From Saccostrea cucullata (lineage: Eukaryota): DNA of 64,000 nucleotides. A model generated the notes under the pieces. The model did not search any database. It worked only from the letters and a program-made list of their open reading frames with translations, and was not told the DNA's origin. Each line of letters starts with the position of its first letter. The stretch's first letter is position 1. Positions 12,497-24,559 of this stretch are shown here, piece after piece. A program made the translations under genes and the position numbers. The DNA is taken from positions 1 through 64,000 of the forward strand of contig NW_026938415.1 of assembly GCF_032062105.1 (NCBI RefSeq), written 5' to 3'.

Positions 12497-13085
12497 GTAA
12501 TAGAGTTACATATACAAGCTGATATATACATGTACATCCTATAATTTATTTGAGTGATTTTTTTTGTATTATTTGTAATAGAAGAAAGGCTTTTTTCTTG
12601 CTGACCCCCCACCCCCCTTTTCTTTGTCTTTTTTTTTTTTTAAAAACACCTTTCACATTCTATAAATATAACTCTATACTGTGTGTAGACCTGATGTTAT
12701 TGTGTACCAAATGATGAAAATTATTTTATATGTACATGTGAAAGTGTTAAAATAAAAAAAAAAAAAAAAATAAAAAAAAAAATAAAAAATAAAAATAAAA
12801 AAAAAAAATAAAAAAAAATGGTTTGAGCGATAGACCCTATACATGAATCTAAGAAGTCCACGCATAATTATTTACTTATTTTCTTCTCAACTTAATGTAT
12901 GCTGTCTTTTATTACTAAGTATGTAATAAACATATTAATACATTACCTTTTCCATATCACATCCTGTATCAGCCCGAGAGACCAATATCAGCCAGAGGGC
13001 CGAAGGCCCGAGGGCTGATATTGGTCGAGGGCTGATACAGGTTGTGATATGGAAAAGGGTATGTATTATTCTCTATTGAAATTCT

Positions 13086-13265
13086 GGAGCAGAGCAAATC
13101 GGACCTCTAAAACGGGTGCAAGCAGGTGCCATGGAGGAGTGAGTATCCTCTATCGAGCGGTCTTACCCGCCGTGTGCTCCTTGTCATGATCGGGAAATTA
13201 CGGTAAAATCCGTCGTCGACTATTCAGCAAACAATTAATGGCCAAACAATCAGTATGAAATGAAT
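13086..13265 (-). mobile_element. Penelope-like (Naiad-like) element, 3'-end fragment
   Basis: Copy of the conserved ggagcagagcaaa...caggtgccatggaggagtgag...ccgtgtgctccttgtcatgatcgggaaa block that follows the RT C-terminus in other copies. Confidence 0.7.
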
Positions 13266-13334
13266 ACTATTTTGCATATGAAATAATCCAGCAATTAATA
13301 CTGACCAATCGCATTGAAAGATACTATGTTGTTT

Positions 13335-13441
13335 GTACGACATAATAAGTCGTATGTACGAGAAACTAAGTCGTACGAACGAGATACTAAGTCGTACGTA
13401 CGAGATGATAAGTCGTACGAACGAGATACTAAGTCGTATGA
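13335..13441. repeat. 21-bp minisatellite (taagtcgtacgaacgagatac) x~5
   Basis: Direct tandem units are visible and give a KSYERDT periodicity in the ORF track. Confidence 0.85.
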
Positions 13442-14125
13442 AAAAATATTTTTTGACATGTTGAAAGAAGAAGAGCAGCAAGATTTTCGGAATGATCTAA
13501 AGATAGGTGCTTTTTGAGGTTAGATAGAATGTTCTATCGTTAAAATGATTAATGTCCTACAGACCCGGTGAGGGCTTGTCCCAAGACGCAGTTAGATTAT
13601 TCTAACTATTTGAGGTATGTTCAGGTTTAGTTTCAGTACCAATTTAGCGCTCTAAATGTACAAAAGCTAAAATGTTCTGTGGCAGATCGAGAAATTTCAG
13701 ATCGGGGGAGGACGGACAGTATACTTGTAGTTTCATTTTATCAATTTATGTACTAAACTGGACTTACACTTGTTATATAAACAAAACTTCAAAAACCAAT
13801 TCAACAAAATCATACGGGGAGGCATTTTAACGATTGAACGTTCTATCTAGGGGAAGGGGGGGGGGTACGGCCGTTGAGTTAAACGCATTGTTTTTAATGA
13901 ATCTTTTAAATTCATGTAATTAAATCTTATGCAAATTCGGAAATGTTTCAGAATGAATTATTTGCTTGTTAATATATGATTTGTAATAAGTTCTATTCTA
14001 TTATATTCTATTCTATATGAATCTGTCTTTATAACTATAGCTCCTGATCAGAAAAAATCGTATTTTTGTATTCATGTGAAGCGGAATTTGTCCAAAATCT
14101 TATACATGAAAATAAGAAAAACGTG

Positions 14126-16053
14126 CAGTGGCCTTCAACTCGACATCTAGATTAACATACTGTGAATTAATAATGGTTATTCCCATTCTTATGTCGAAAC
14201 GATATATCCCGATGAGCTTGAAATGAAACAAAATACCACAGAATTTGACAGATTTGTATCGAAATTAGATATTTTACTTGAAAAGACGTTGAGAGTACAA
14301 CCAAGCTTTATGGTAAACGTGATGACTTTAACTTTTCAATTGTCATTTTCCCTTACTTATGCAGCAATACATCTTCATCACCTACATAGAACAGAGCAAA
14401 CACGGACCTCCAAAACATCAGAGATGGGACCAGGTGCCATGGAGGAGTGTGCATCCCCTGCCGACTCCACCCAACCCCCAACCCACCCCCTCTGTGTGCT
14501 CCTTGTCATGATCGGGAAATGACGAAAAATCCATCGTCAATTCAATGTGTAAACAATGGACTACCAGTTTGTATGATAAACGTCAGTCAACATTTGACTT
14601 AATGATAAATTTATTTGCTGACAACTTCACCGTACCGACTACTGAACTTACGAAATGATGACTTTAAACGAGACTGCAGATATTCTTGTTTCATCAACTT
14701 GTTTTCAATAATTTACCTCGTTTTAGAAATTGTACATGCATGTGTACATAGAGCATGCTCTAGCGTATTGAATCAACTGAAAGATATAAACTCCGTTTGC
14801 ATTTGTTGAAGGTATTGCTGCAAAAGTAAGGGAAGTTGCAATTGACGATTAAAAAGTTCAAGTCATCACGTTTATCAAAGAGTTTGAATGTTTTATTTAC
14901 CATTAACGTCTTTTTCAAGTAAATATTCAAATATAAAACAGATGAGTCAGACTGTGGTATCTCTTATCTCAAGCTCACCAGGATATATTGTATCGACATT
15001 TATAAGAATGGAAATAACCATTGTTGATTGATAATACGTCGTCGATATACCTAAGTGTCGAGTTGAGGGCCACAGCAAGTGTTTTCTTCTTTTCACGTAT
15101 AAGATTTTGGACACATTCTGCTGCATATCAATACAAATATAGGTCTGGTATTACAGGGGGGGGGGGGGGGCGCAATTAGTACCCTTGGAATTCCAATAGA
15201 TTGTTGGTTGGGCTCCAAAAACGTCGTATATCTTGTTATAAAAAAAATTTACGCTTCTTTTTTATGTCAACTTCAGAGTTACTTGTGTGTACAGTCAGAC
15301 GTTTTTTTATCAAAATAATTTTGCAAATGGTAAAAAGAATTAAGGTAAGTAAATTTTCATTTTTATTGAAAAAGCAGCTGTCAATGATATCAAAAGGCCT
15401 GAACTTTATTTTATCGTGGGGAATGGTTATGTACATAAAGTTGAAGAATCGCGAGTTTTTATGCTTTTTATTACAAAATCCTGTGATTTCAAATTATCCA
15501 AAACATGCTTTGATTTTTAAGTATCAACATTTGATTTACACTACTTCTCGGATATATTGTTGCACAATACTCTTTAAGTTTCTCCTCCACTTCTATTATT
15601 ATCTTAGTGAGGAGTAAAGAAAAATGCTTGGTTGAACATTTACTGGAACCTGCTATGTATCTTTGTTAGTAAGGATTTTTATGAAGTTTCAGAATCCAAT
15701 ATAGATATGGTAAGTCAAATTCATTTTGGTTGTTTGAGATATTAAAAATATTTAAAACTTACAATTTATCATTACGGCAAATGCTGACTGACGTTTTCCA
15801 TTCTCATTTTTAAGCCATTATTCACACACAGAACGGATTTTCCCGTTATGTCTTGATCATAACAAGGAGCACACGGCAGGTGTGACCGGTCGACAGGAGA
15901 TGTTCTCTCCTCCATTGGATAGAGGATGCTCACTCCTCCTTGGCACCTGATCCCACTTCTGATGTTTCGAGGTCCGTGTTAGCTCTGCTCCAGTTTTGTG
16001 TTGTTTGATGAACTTTTGAGCTTGAATATTGTTCGTTATTTCCATATATTTCA
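14126..16053. mobile_element. Cluster of Naiad-like Penelope fragments: + (14126-14385), - (14390-15780), + (15781-16053)
   Basis: Decayed RT motifs (FNSTxRYIDDVLSINN, IYPxELEI, DKRDDFNF, YxTIPHDKxKxRxFDIIDSCFFNKN) together with the conserved 3' block, in opposed orientations. Confidence 0.75.
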
Positions 16054-17882
16054 CTAGAATACTAAGGTAGAACTTTAAATAATATCATAGAATATTATGC
16101 GTTTTTTTTTTTACTTTTGCATATGTTTGCTGTAGAACAACATCTGTCCAAATGTTCTCAAAGAAAGGTACAGTTCTACCGCTAGTATATTGTACAACAC
16201 TGTCACCTGATTATTTTATTTAAAAAATCATAATCATCTCATTGTTATATACATGTAATACATATATACAAGACCGATAGAGAGAACAAAGAAAATGGAG
16301 CGAAAATTTTCTCTGTTGCAAAACGGTGATTAAGTCAATAGAACTTAATATCAACGTTAATTACATCAGATTGTATTTTTAATTTCCTTACGGTAGTTAC
16401 AAGTACCTTCCCTGATGATATCTTCTATTGTTAAAGACTATTTTTGCTCATTTGATCAGTTATTTAAACTTTGTGGTTTAGAAATCTAGATCATTATTTT
16501 GAATAAGTCATTTCTGTCGTTAAATCGCATTATACTTTTCTCACAAATCGTGAATCATATAATCTTCCCGATCTACAGACTTAACATTACACCAGACAAA
16601 AATAACAAAAGCTGATATAACAACACAATGATTTAGGAAATGTTCTTTTAAATTTGTGTCTGATGAATGTCACATGAGTACGTGTCCCATTTTTTAATGG
16701 AAGGCGTGAAATATAAACATAGAAAAACAGCCTCTGGGATAAGGAAACACTTGTCACCGATTTATTCCCAAGAAAAAGAAATTTTTATTTTAAAAAAGGT
16801 GGGCAGTGAGGGCAAAATTAATGCAATCTGTGGAAAAGTATGAAAAAGTTAAATGACGCTTCTGTTTTGTTTTTTAATTGACTGGAAGTAAAGCTAACTA
16901 GGTAATCTTTAGTGCTTGGTACAGAATCCCGAAGGGAATTTTCTTAAAAACTTTTCTTATTTGCTCAAAGAGCGATAACCAATGCGTATTCGTATATATT
17001 GGAGAAATCCGTGTAAATAAGTTGCAAATGCATTAAAACGTTGAGGAACTTCTAAATTTGAAGTCACAAAATTTTACCAAAGTCAGTACCGGGAAAAAAT
17101 CGTACCGCGTTTTGATCAACACTTTATATCCTATAACTATAGTCTTGCTGGACACGTTATTACAGGTGACGTAGATATAGTTAAAGCAATATGAGTTGCA
17201 TTTTTAAGAGGTTTATTTTGATGGCAAAATGTGTTATTATGATTAATCTGTATGTATTCTAAACCCTTGTGATCAATAAAACCGAAACAAAGTTTAAAAA
17301 CGTTGCAGAAGAAATATCTCTGTACAACCTAATATACAGTATTATATAAGATATCATTATTGTACAGGATGACAATAATTCAATTTTGCTTCAATCAAGG
17401 CGTATAAAAAGTTCTTTCATAGCAAATATGAAGAATAGAAGTTTATAAATGTTCTATTTTTCTGTCATTGAAATAGTTAATTACAAATTTGCAACATTTT
17501 TTACCGATGTCAAACATGCAGCTCATATTGCTTTAATAATGAGGACCTTAGAGCGCTTATTTTAAAAGGTCCTAAATATAGAGAACCCCAATCCTTCAAC
17601 TGGCGTCGGAATTTCATAAATATGATGAATTCTGTTGAAGAATAAGCCGGACGATGGGACAGATATCAAAAAGTTGTTGACACTTTGTTAGATTGGATTA
17701 AATGTATCAGATCCATGTTAAAGTCGCGTATTAAAAGATTGAGGGGCAATATGAAGACCATCTATCCTTCTATATTCAATAATCCAGAAAGAATAAATAC
17801 AAAAAGAATACATGATCAGTAAGCACTGATCCCTGCTGACAAAGCAGGTAACAACATTGTCTTCATTTGTAAGGTTCATAAT

Positions 17883-19003
17883 TGTCCCCCGCTTGAAAAG
17901 TGAGGGATATTAATTTGGGTTTGTCCGTCCGTCCGTCCGTCCGTCTTTCTGTCTGTAACGCTTTCGTTTCCACACGATATCTCGAGAACCCTTTGAGCTT
18001 TCGCAATGAAATTTAGCATAGCAACTCTCTATGGACTAAAGAAGACCCCTATTGATTTTGAGATCAAAAGGTCAAAGGTCAAGGTCATAAATAAGCAAAT
18101 TCTGTCTGTTAAAACACTTTCGTTTCCACACGATATCTCTAGAACCATTTGAGCTATTGCAATGAAATTTTATAAAACAACTCCCTGTGACCTAATGAAG
18201 ACCCCTATTGATTTTGAGGTCAAAAGGTCAAAGTTCAAGGTCGTTAATTTATACATTCTGTCTGTGTGTAATACTATCATTTCCGGGCGATATTTCAAGA
18301 AGATTTTGAGCTTACGCAATGTAATTTTATACCAAAACTCCCTAGGACGTCTCTCGCCCCTCTCAAAGTGCCCCGCCCCGTTTGTTTTATTAGTATTTAC
18401 AGTATTACATGTCGCTATTTTTAGCGCAGGGGCATGAGGAGAGTTATTGCGTATAAAACAGGTTCTCGGCGGATTTTATGTTCTTATTACATCTATTAGA
18501 ACTGTTTAATAAAGGCTAAATAAATCAAACACCATGGATTGTGTAAAATTTTGAGAATACCGAACAAGAAAACATGAATATATACATGTATGTGACTTTA
18601 GTTCTCCATATACATCACACCGAGTAAAGCGATTCCATGGTCTAGTGGTTATGTCTCTCGCCTCAAGTGTGAGAGGACCCGGGATCGAATGTCAGTCGAA
18701 CCTTTCTTTTTTTTTTTTTTTTAAATACTTTTTTTTTTTTTACTAAATGATAGTATTCAGCATGTGAAATGAAAAATTTATGAGGTTATAAAATTATCAT
18801 TACAGTGTGATAAACATTCCATATAAAAAAATCTTCTATACACACAATAAAGAATAAGCAATCAAATCTTTATATGCATATTGACATACATGTATTTTAC
18901 TTGCTTCAGTATACATGTATACATTTAATAATTCTACAAATTCAGTAAGGGGGGGCCGACTTTTTCCCTAAGCGGGGGACACGAATTCTCTGAATTAGCT
19001 TGT
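17883..19003 (+). mobile_element. Non-autonomous Helentron-like element (HINE/DINE type) with (GTCC)n and 156-bp core repeats
   Basis: Perfect 12-bp subTIR, tgtcccccgctt (17883-17894) and aagcgggggaca (18970-18981). (GTCC)n at ~17923-17945. Tandem units start at 17961 and 18117, plus a partial third. The element ends in a short hairpin and cttgtt. Confidence 0.8.
18631..18702 (+). pseudogene. tRNA-derived sequence (Pro-like body, CAA in the anticodon loop), degenerate, followed by a T-run
   Basis: 72 nt long. A-box tggtctagtgg; anticodon arm ctcgc-ctcaagt-gtgag; B-box-like ggatcgaat. The T-stem is broken and the acceptor stem has 2 mismatches. Confidence 0.65.
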
Positions 19004-20717
19004 TTAAATTGTATTTTGGAATAACTTGGATTTAATTCTACGTAGTAATCCAACTTATACTCATAGTTCCCTTTCCAAGAAGAAATTCTTCAAAATCATA
19101 TACCAGTTATTAATTTTTTTAATATCCCATACAACCAAAATGAATTTGAATTACCATATATATATAATGGATTCCAAAACTTCATTAGAATCCTTACAAA
19201 GATACTTTGCAGGTTCCAATACATGTTCCACCAATCCTCTTTCTTTCCTCCGCACTAAGATAATGACAGTAGTGACGGAGAAACTTCAAGAGTACTGTGC
19301 AACAATATATTCAAGAAATGGTGTAAATCGGTTGTGGATATTCCTAAATTCCAAGGAACTTTTGGACAATTTGAAATCACATGATTTCAACAAAATCAAC
19401 AGCTTAAAAACTTAAGACTGTTTAACTTTATACACAACCATTCCATCGATAAATTGAAGTCCAGGATTTTTGATATCATTGACAGCTGTTTTTTTTAATA
19501 AAAATGAAACTCGTAAATTTACTTACCTTGTCATTGGTCATCTGCAAAATTGTTTTGTTAAAAACATTCTGATAGTACACACAAATACTCTGAAGTTGAC
19601 ATCAAAAAGATGTTTGAGGTTCTGATTGACAATATCTATGTGGTTTTTGGAGACCAGGTCTTCCAAGAATCTATAGGAATGCCCATAGGCCGGGTACCAA
19701 TTGCGCCCCGTTATTAGCAGACATATTTTTGTGTCTGCCACATATGTTTCATATTTGGATATTTTACTTGAAAAAGACGTTAATGTTAATCTAACAACCA
19801 AGCTCTATGATAAACGTGATGTCTTTAACTTTTCTATCGTCAACATTCCGTACTTAAGCAGCAATATACCTTCATCACCTGTATACGGAGTTTATATATC
19901 TCAGTTGATTCGATACGCAAAAGCATGCTCTACGCATGAACAATTTCTAAAACGTGGTAAATTATTGAAAAACAATTTGATGAAACAAGAATTACAGCTG
20001 TCTTGTTTAAAGTCATCATTTCGTAAGTTTTATGGTCGATACAATGACCTTAATAGCAAATAAAATTTATCATGAAGTCATATGCTGACTGACGTTTTTC
20101 ATACTAATTGTTAGTCCATTATTTACACACTGGATTGACGACGGATTTTCCTCTATTTCCTGATCATGACAAGGAGCATACGTACGTCAGGTGTGACCGG
20201 TCAGCGAATACTTACTCCTCCATGGCACTTGATCCCACTTCTGATGTTTTTGAGGCCTGTGTTTGCTCTGCTCCTGTTTTGTATTGTTTATAGACTTTTG
20301 ATGTTGAATACTGATCGTTATCTTCACATGTTTCATACAATTATTCCCCAAGATAAATTAAAGTTCAGGCTATTTGACATCATATAGACAACTGGTTTTT
20401 CAATAAAATGTATCTCTGAAATTAACTTTTCTCATCATTATCTATTTGCAAAATTCTCTTGTTAAAAGACACTCTGATCAAAAGTACTTTGAAATTGATA
20501 TTAAAAAGAAGTTTGACAATACCTAGATGCGCGAAGTTTTTGGAGATGGAATCTTCGAATGATTTTGTTGGATTTTCCGTGGTCATTATTCAATTGCCTC
20601 CCTTTATTAGGAGACCTATTTATTTATTCATATGAAGCAAACTTTATTCAAAAGGGTATACTTGTACATGAGAATATAAAAACATTTGCTGTGGGCCTAA
20701 ACACTTATTCATATATC

Positions 20718-21270
20718 TATGGCACGCCAAATTCACAAAAATTAGCTAAACCTAGTTTCACAACAATTGATAAACTAGGTTTATCGACTGTAAACTATAG
20801 TTTACAAACCGTAAACTATAGTTAACAATTCGTTAAGTATAGTTTTCATCTGTAAAACTATATTTAACGGTTGTTAACTATAGTTTACGAATGCTAATCT
20901 AAGTTTATCTGTCTGTAATAAAACATTAACAATAGATTTTGTTGTTAAACATAGATTCACGTCTCTAAACTATAATTTACGATTGTTAACTATACTAGTT
21001 AAGAGTTGTAAACCATAGTTTACAATCGTGAAACTGTATTTATCAGATAATCTATGTTTTGCAATCGCAAATGATTGTTTTCGGTGTTAAGTATAGTTTA
21101 CGGTTGTGAAACATAGATTATCGCTTTAACTATGATTTACGGATGTAAAATATAGATTAACGTTGTTAACTATAGTTTACAGTCCGTAAACTATAGTTTA
21201 CAACCGATAAACCTAGTTTATCAACTGTGAAACTATGTTTTGCTCATTTTTGTGAATTTGGCGTGCCATA
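20718..21270. mobile_element. Foldback-like TIR element made of ~21-bp palindromic subrepeats
   Basis: Termini tatggcacgccaaattcacaaaaa and tttttgtgaatttggcgtgccata. The interior is degenerate gtaaactatagtttac units. TATATC flanks both sides (20712-20717 and 21271-21276). Confidence 0.85.
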
Positions 21271-22825
21271 TATATCAGTCAAATATATATGCAGGAAACA
21301 AACATCAATAACTAAAGCTCAAATGTCCATTAAGCAATGCAGTTTTAGGCAGAGCAAAAGCGGACAACTGAAATATCAGAAACACCAGATGTGGATCAGA
21401 TGCCATGGAAGACTGAACATCCCCTGTCGACTGGTTATTTCAAGCTTATTGGAATGTATATCATTAACATAAGGATGGAAATAACAATTGTTCATTAACC
21501 TGTACATCATCGATATATCTAAATGTCGAGTTGAAGGCCACAACAAGTTTTCTTATTAGTTTAAAGACCCAATTTTTTTACCGTACGGTTACCTGGGGAG
21601 GGGGAGTGGTCCAAGTAACAGTGCTGTTATTTACCTGGAGACCCCCAATACCCAAGATGTCAAAAATCTATATACACGTAGCATTACACAGGAAGTCTGT
21701 GTCTGGTGATCAGGGTCAACATTCCGCGTTTCATGTCTAAATCGGAGTGAAACTGCTTGAAATAATTGAAATATTTCAATATAAAGTTTATTTAATTATA
21801 CTTTCAGCGATATTTAATGAAGAAAAAAAGTTATTATAAAGAAATATCATTTTTCTATTTTAAAAAAAAAATGTAAAATTAAAGACAAGAACACAGAGTA
21901 AAACTACAAAGCAAACATTTCTTTTTTAATTAAACTTGTGTAAATATCAAAATTAAAAAAAAATTAAAATATTCCATTCATAGGCCTATCCGTTTTGTGA
22001 ACATATATACAATGTGCCGCAGGAATATATATTGCCTACGTTCTGACCAACAATAGTGTCGAAAATATTCACCATTTCCGGGTGTTCGTGTGTTTAAAAA
22101 TTTTTACTGTTTGCAAGATTTCTTTTATACTTTTAAGAATTGATCTTTGGCTTTATATATTCACTTTTTAACTTCGAATATTGGGTATTGACAGACGTTA
22201 GGAAATTCGAACGAAAAGTTACAATCTCGAAACGCATGTTTCTGACATTTCAATTACAACGGAACATGGTGTAGATTGTATTCAAATATACATTGATAAA
22301 ACATTGGATAAAGGAATTTTTTATCCATGCCGTTTGTGCTAATATATCTTTTCTTATTTATCATATTCCAATTTTAATCGGCAAATAGCGTTTCTGTGCA
22401 CGGACTGCTCTAAATTCTACAGCAGATATCTTGGACGACATATCGCCTAAAATACAATATAGCCGTTGAGATTGAAAGCAAATATTTTATGAAGTCATGT
22501 TTTAATTATCTGCTCTCAATTGTTTTTAAAAAAAAAATTACCAAGATTATTTTTTTTAACCCCCGTGTATACAAGGCGGCTACATGAAAGTGTTTGACGC
22601 GTGACCAGGCAATCGTTTTCAAAAGACACAAACTCAGACTATCAAGTAGCACGGGTAGCTGGCCTGTCAATCAAATCAGAAGCTATTGTTTTTTTAATGA
22701 TTGACAGGCGGTAAATTATTGATCTTGAATCAGGTAGATTTTGGGGGCGTTAACATAAAATTGGGTGTTTAAGATTTTGAACAAATCCTGCTTCATATAA
22801 AGAGTATATACAGAATATGTCTTCT

Positions 22826-23400
22826 AACGGGGCGCAGTTGGAACCCATGAGAAACCCAATAAATTATTTGAAGACCTGGTTTCCATAAACTGAATTGATG
22901 ATTGATTTTTTTCCGTCATTTTCCGATCATTACAAGGAGTACACAGCGGGTATGACCGGTCGGCAGGGGATGCTCGGTTTTTCACGGCACCTGATTCCAC
23001 CTCTGATGCTTCGGAGGTCCGTGTTTGCTCTGCTCCTTTTTTGCAATGTCTTATGGACTTTTGAGTTTGAATACTATTTGTTATCTCCATATATTTCACA
23101 ACTTCTCGAAATATACTAGTAGTGTTCTACAGTACTCGTCTTTAGTGAGGAGTAAAGAAAGAGGTTTGGTAAAACCTTTCCTGGGACACGTTTTAAATGT
23201 ATGATTGTTAAGAATATCAAAATATTTAAAACCGACATAGAATTTTGGGGTTTTTCTCTTCAGAAAGGGAGCTATGGGTTTAAGTTCAATTACCACTTGT
23301 AGAATTAAATACAAGTTCCTCTAAAATACAAGCCTTATAAACAAAAAGGTTTGTTACCTGCTTTGTCAGCCGGGATCAGTACTTACTAATTGTGTAATCT
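22826..23400. mobile_element. Naiad-like Penelope fragments (3' block on + at ~22890-23100; RT pieces on -)
   Basis: Conserved ggagtacacagcgggtatgaccggtcggcaggggatg...ggaggtccgtgtttgctctgctcc block, with PADKAGN on the minus strand at ~23355-23375. Confidence 0.7.
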
Positions 23401-23638
23401 AGAGTGCCTTTTTCACTTCTGAATAGTTGTTAGTAAATCTCAGCAAACACCTTATCAATTGTCCTAGATGTAGGTAAACCGAATATAAGATAAAAGATAC
23501 ATAAGGGCTTTGAAAGATCTTTGATTGTTATATATAAGGTCATTCGAAAGGTAAAGGTTAAAATAATTGACATAAAATAATTCCATACCTATTTTTTGCA
23601 GTGTCTAGAGCTTGCTTTAAAAAAGAAAATGATATTAA

Positions 23639-24559
23639 GGTATGTCACTCGTGAAATTTGTTAAATCAAGGATTCTTTTAGAAGTATATTTTGGATAAGT
23701 ACTCATAAATTGTAACTCAAAATCACAGAGAAAATAGGGGGACAGTGTGCATCTTACTGATCTACCGTACAATTAAGTTGACCTTTTTGCACTTAGATTT
23801 TAACTCTTTGGTAATACTTTAACCTTTATCATACTTTATCAGATGTAACCATGGCAATAAATATAATTTTATTTTACGTAAAATAGCTTGAGTAATATTT
23901 ATCATTGAATAAATTTTGCAAATTAATGCGCGTAAATTATTGTGTGACCTTTTTGCACTAAAAAATAACATATTTGGGGTATTAAAAAAGTAAATAGGCA
24001 ATAAAACATTTTCTTAAATCAAGCTTTTTACGACTTACATTCTGATCAGTCACAAGTATTGAATACCTTAAAATAGTGAAAGAAAAAGTTGGGTCAGTGA
24101 TGTTAATTTTGAAATATTGGTCAAAATATGCAATTTTCAGGCAAAAAATGGTGTAAATTTTATCATGACTTATTTGACACATCTTCTTTTTTGGCAAAGT
24201 TTATTGAAGGGAGTTGTAAAACTTGTTCTAAAAATATAAATTAAGACCTATATTAAATATTTCTAGCAATATCATAATGGAAAATATTCTCCAAATAAAA
24301 GTTTGAGAGGTTAAAGTTCCAAGATATCAAATTTAATAAATGTGCAGATTTGCAGAATTATCTGCTAAATATCCTTCCACCACAAGAAATAGTCCCTCAT
24401 AAATCTTGCTTCTTTGTAGCTTTTTGAGCAGTTTTTTCGTTGAATGTTAAAACATTAACATTGCTTAATTTAAATATGTTATAAAAATTGAATTTTAATA
24501 AATAGTTTTGAAATTAGAGGTTCTGTGTACTTTTCTAAAAAGCTGACGAATGACATACC
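23639..24559. mobile_element. Putative Kolobok-type non-autonomous DNA transposon
   Basis: TIRs ggtatgtcactcgtga and tgacgaatgacatacc (14/16), GG..CC termini, flanked by TTAA and TTAT. Confidence 0.5.

Larger units (their letters stand above)
5875..12818 (+). mobile_element. Near full-length L1/Tx1-clade non-LTR retrotransposon (5'UTR-ORF1-737-nt spacer-ORF2-3'UTR-poly(A))
   Basis: Two co-oriented ORFs with L1-type ORF1 and APE-RT-zinc-knuckle ORF2 motifs, and an A-rich tail at ~12749-12818. The 5' boundary is approximate and no convincing TSD was found. Confidence 0.92.
5491..13075. mobile_element. Non-autonomous palindromic DNA element (halves ~5491-5870 and ~12819-13075) split by the L1/Tx1 insertion; superfamily unresolved
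   Basis: Inverted repeat 5491-5513 vs 12908-12930 matches at 22/23. Long hairpins at 5542-5662 and 12936-13069 are both built from the same tatcagccc/gggctgata subunits. Confidence 0.65.
17540..20700 (+). mobile_element. Longest decayed Naiad-like Penelope copy (RT region + 3' end at ~20330, followed by a tandem partial copy); interrupted by a HINE at 17883-19003
   Basis: Motifs LRALILKGPKYREP, PADKAGNNIVFICK, RYFAGSNTCST.PLS, NGVNRLWI..NSKELL, GxPIGxxxxCAPLLAD, SYLDILL, KLYDKRDVFNFSIVN.PYLSSNIPSSP.YGVYISQLIRYAKAC and SSFRKFYGRY. There is no C-terminal GIY-YIG after the RT, consistent with N-terminal-EN (Naiad) architecture. Confidence 0.75.

Noticed and set aside
18631-18702. Functional tRNA-Leu(CAA) gene
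   Set aside because: Broken T-stem, mismatched acceptor stem and no long variable arm.
20100-20330. SECIS element or selenocysteine recoding, as reported for some Naiads
   Set aside because: I see no AUGA-stem-AA-stem-GA arrangement, and the copies are too decayed to identify conserved in-frame TGA codons.
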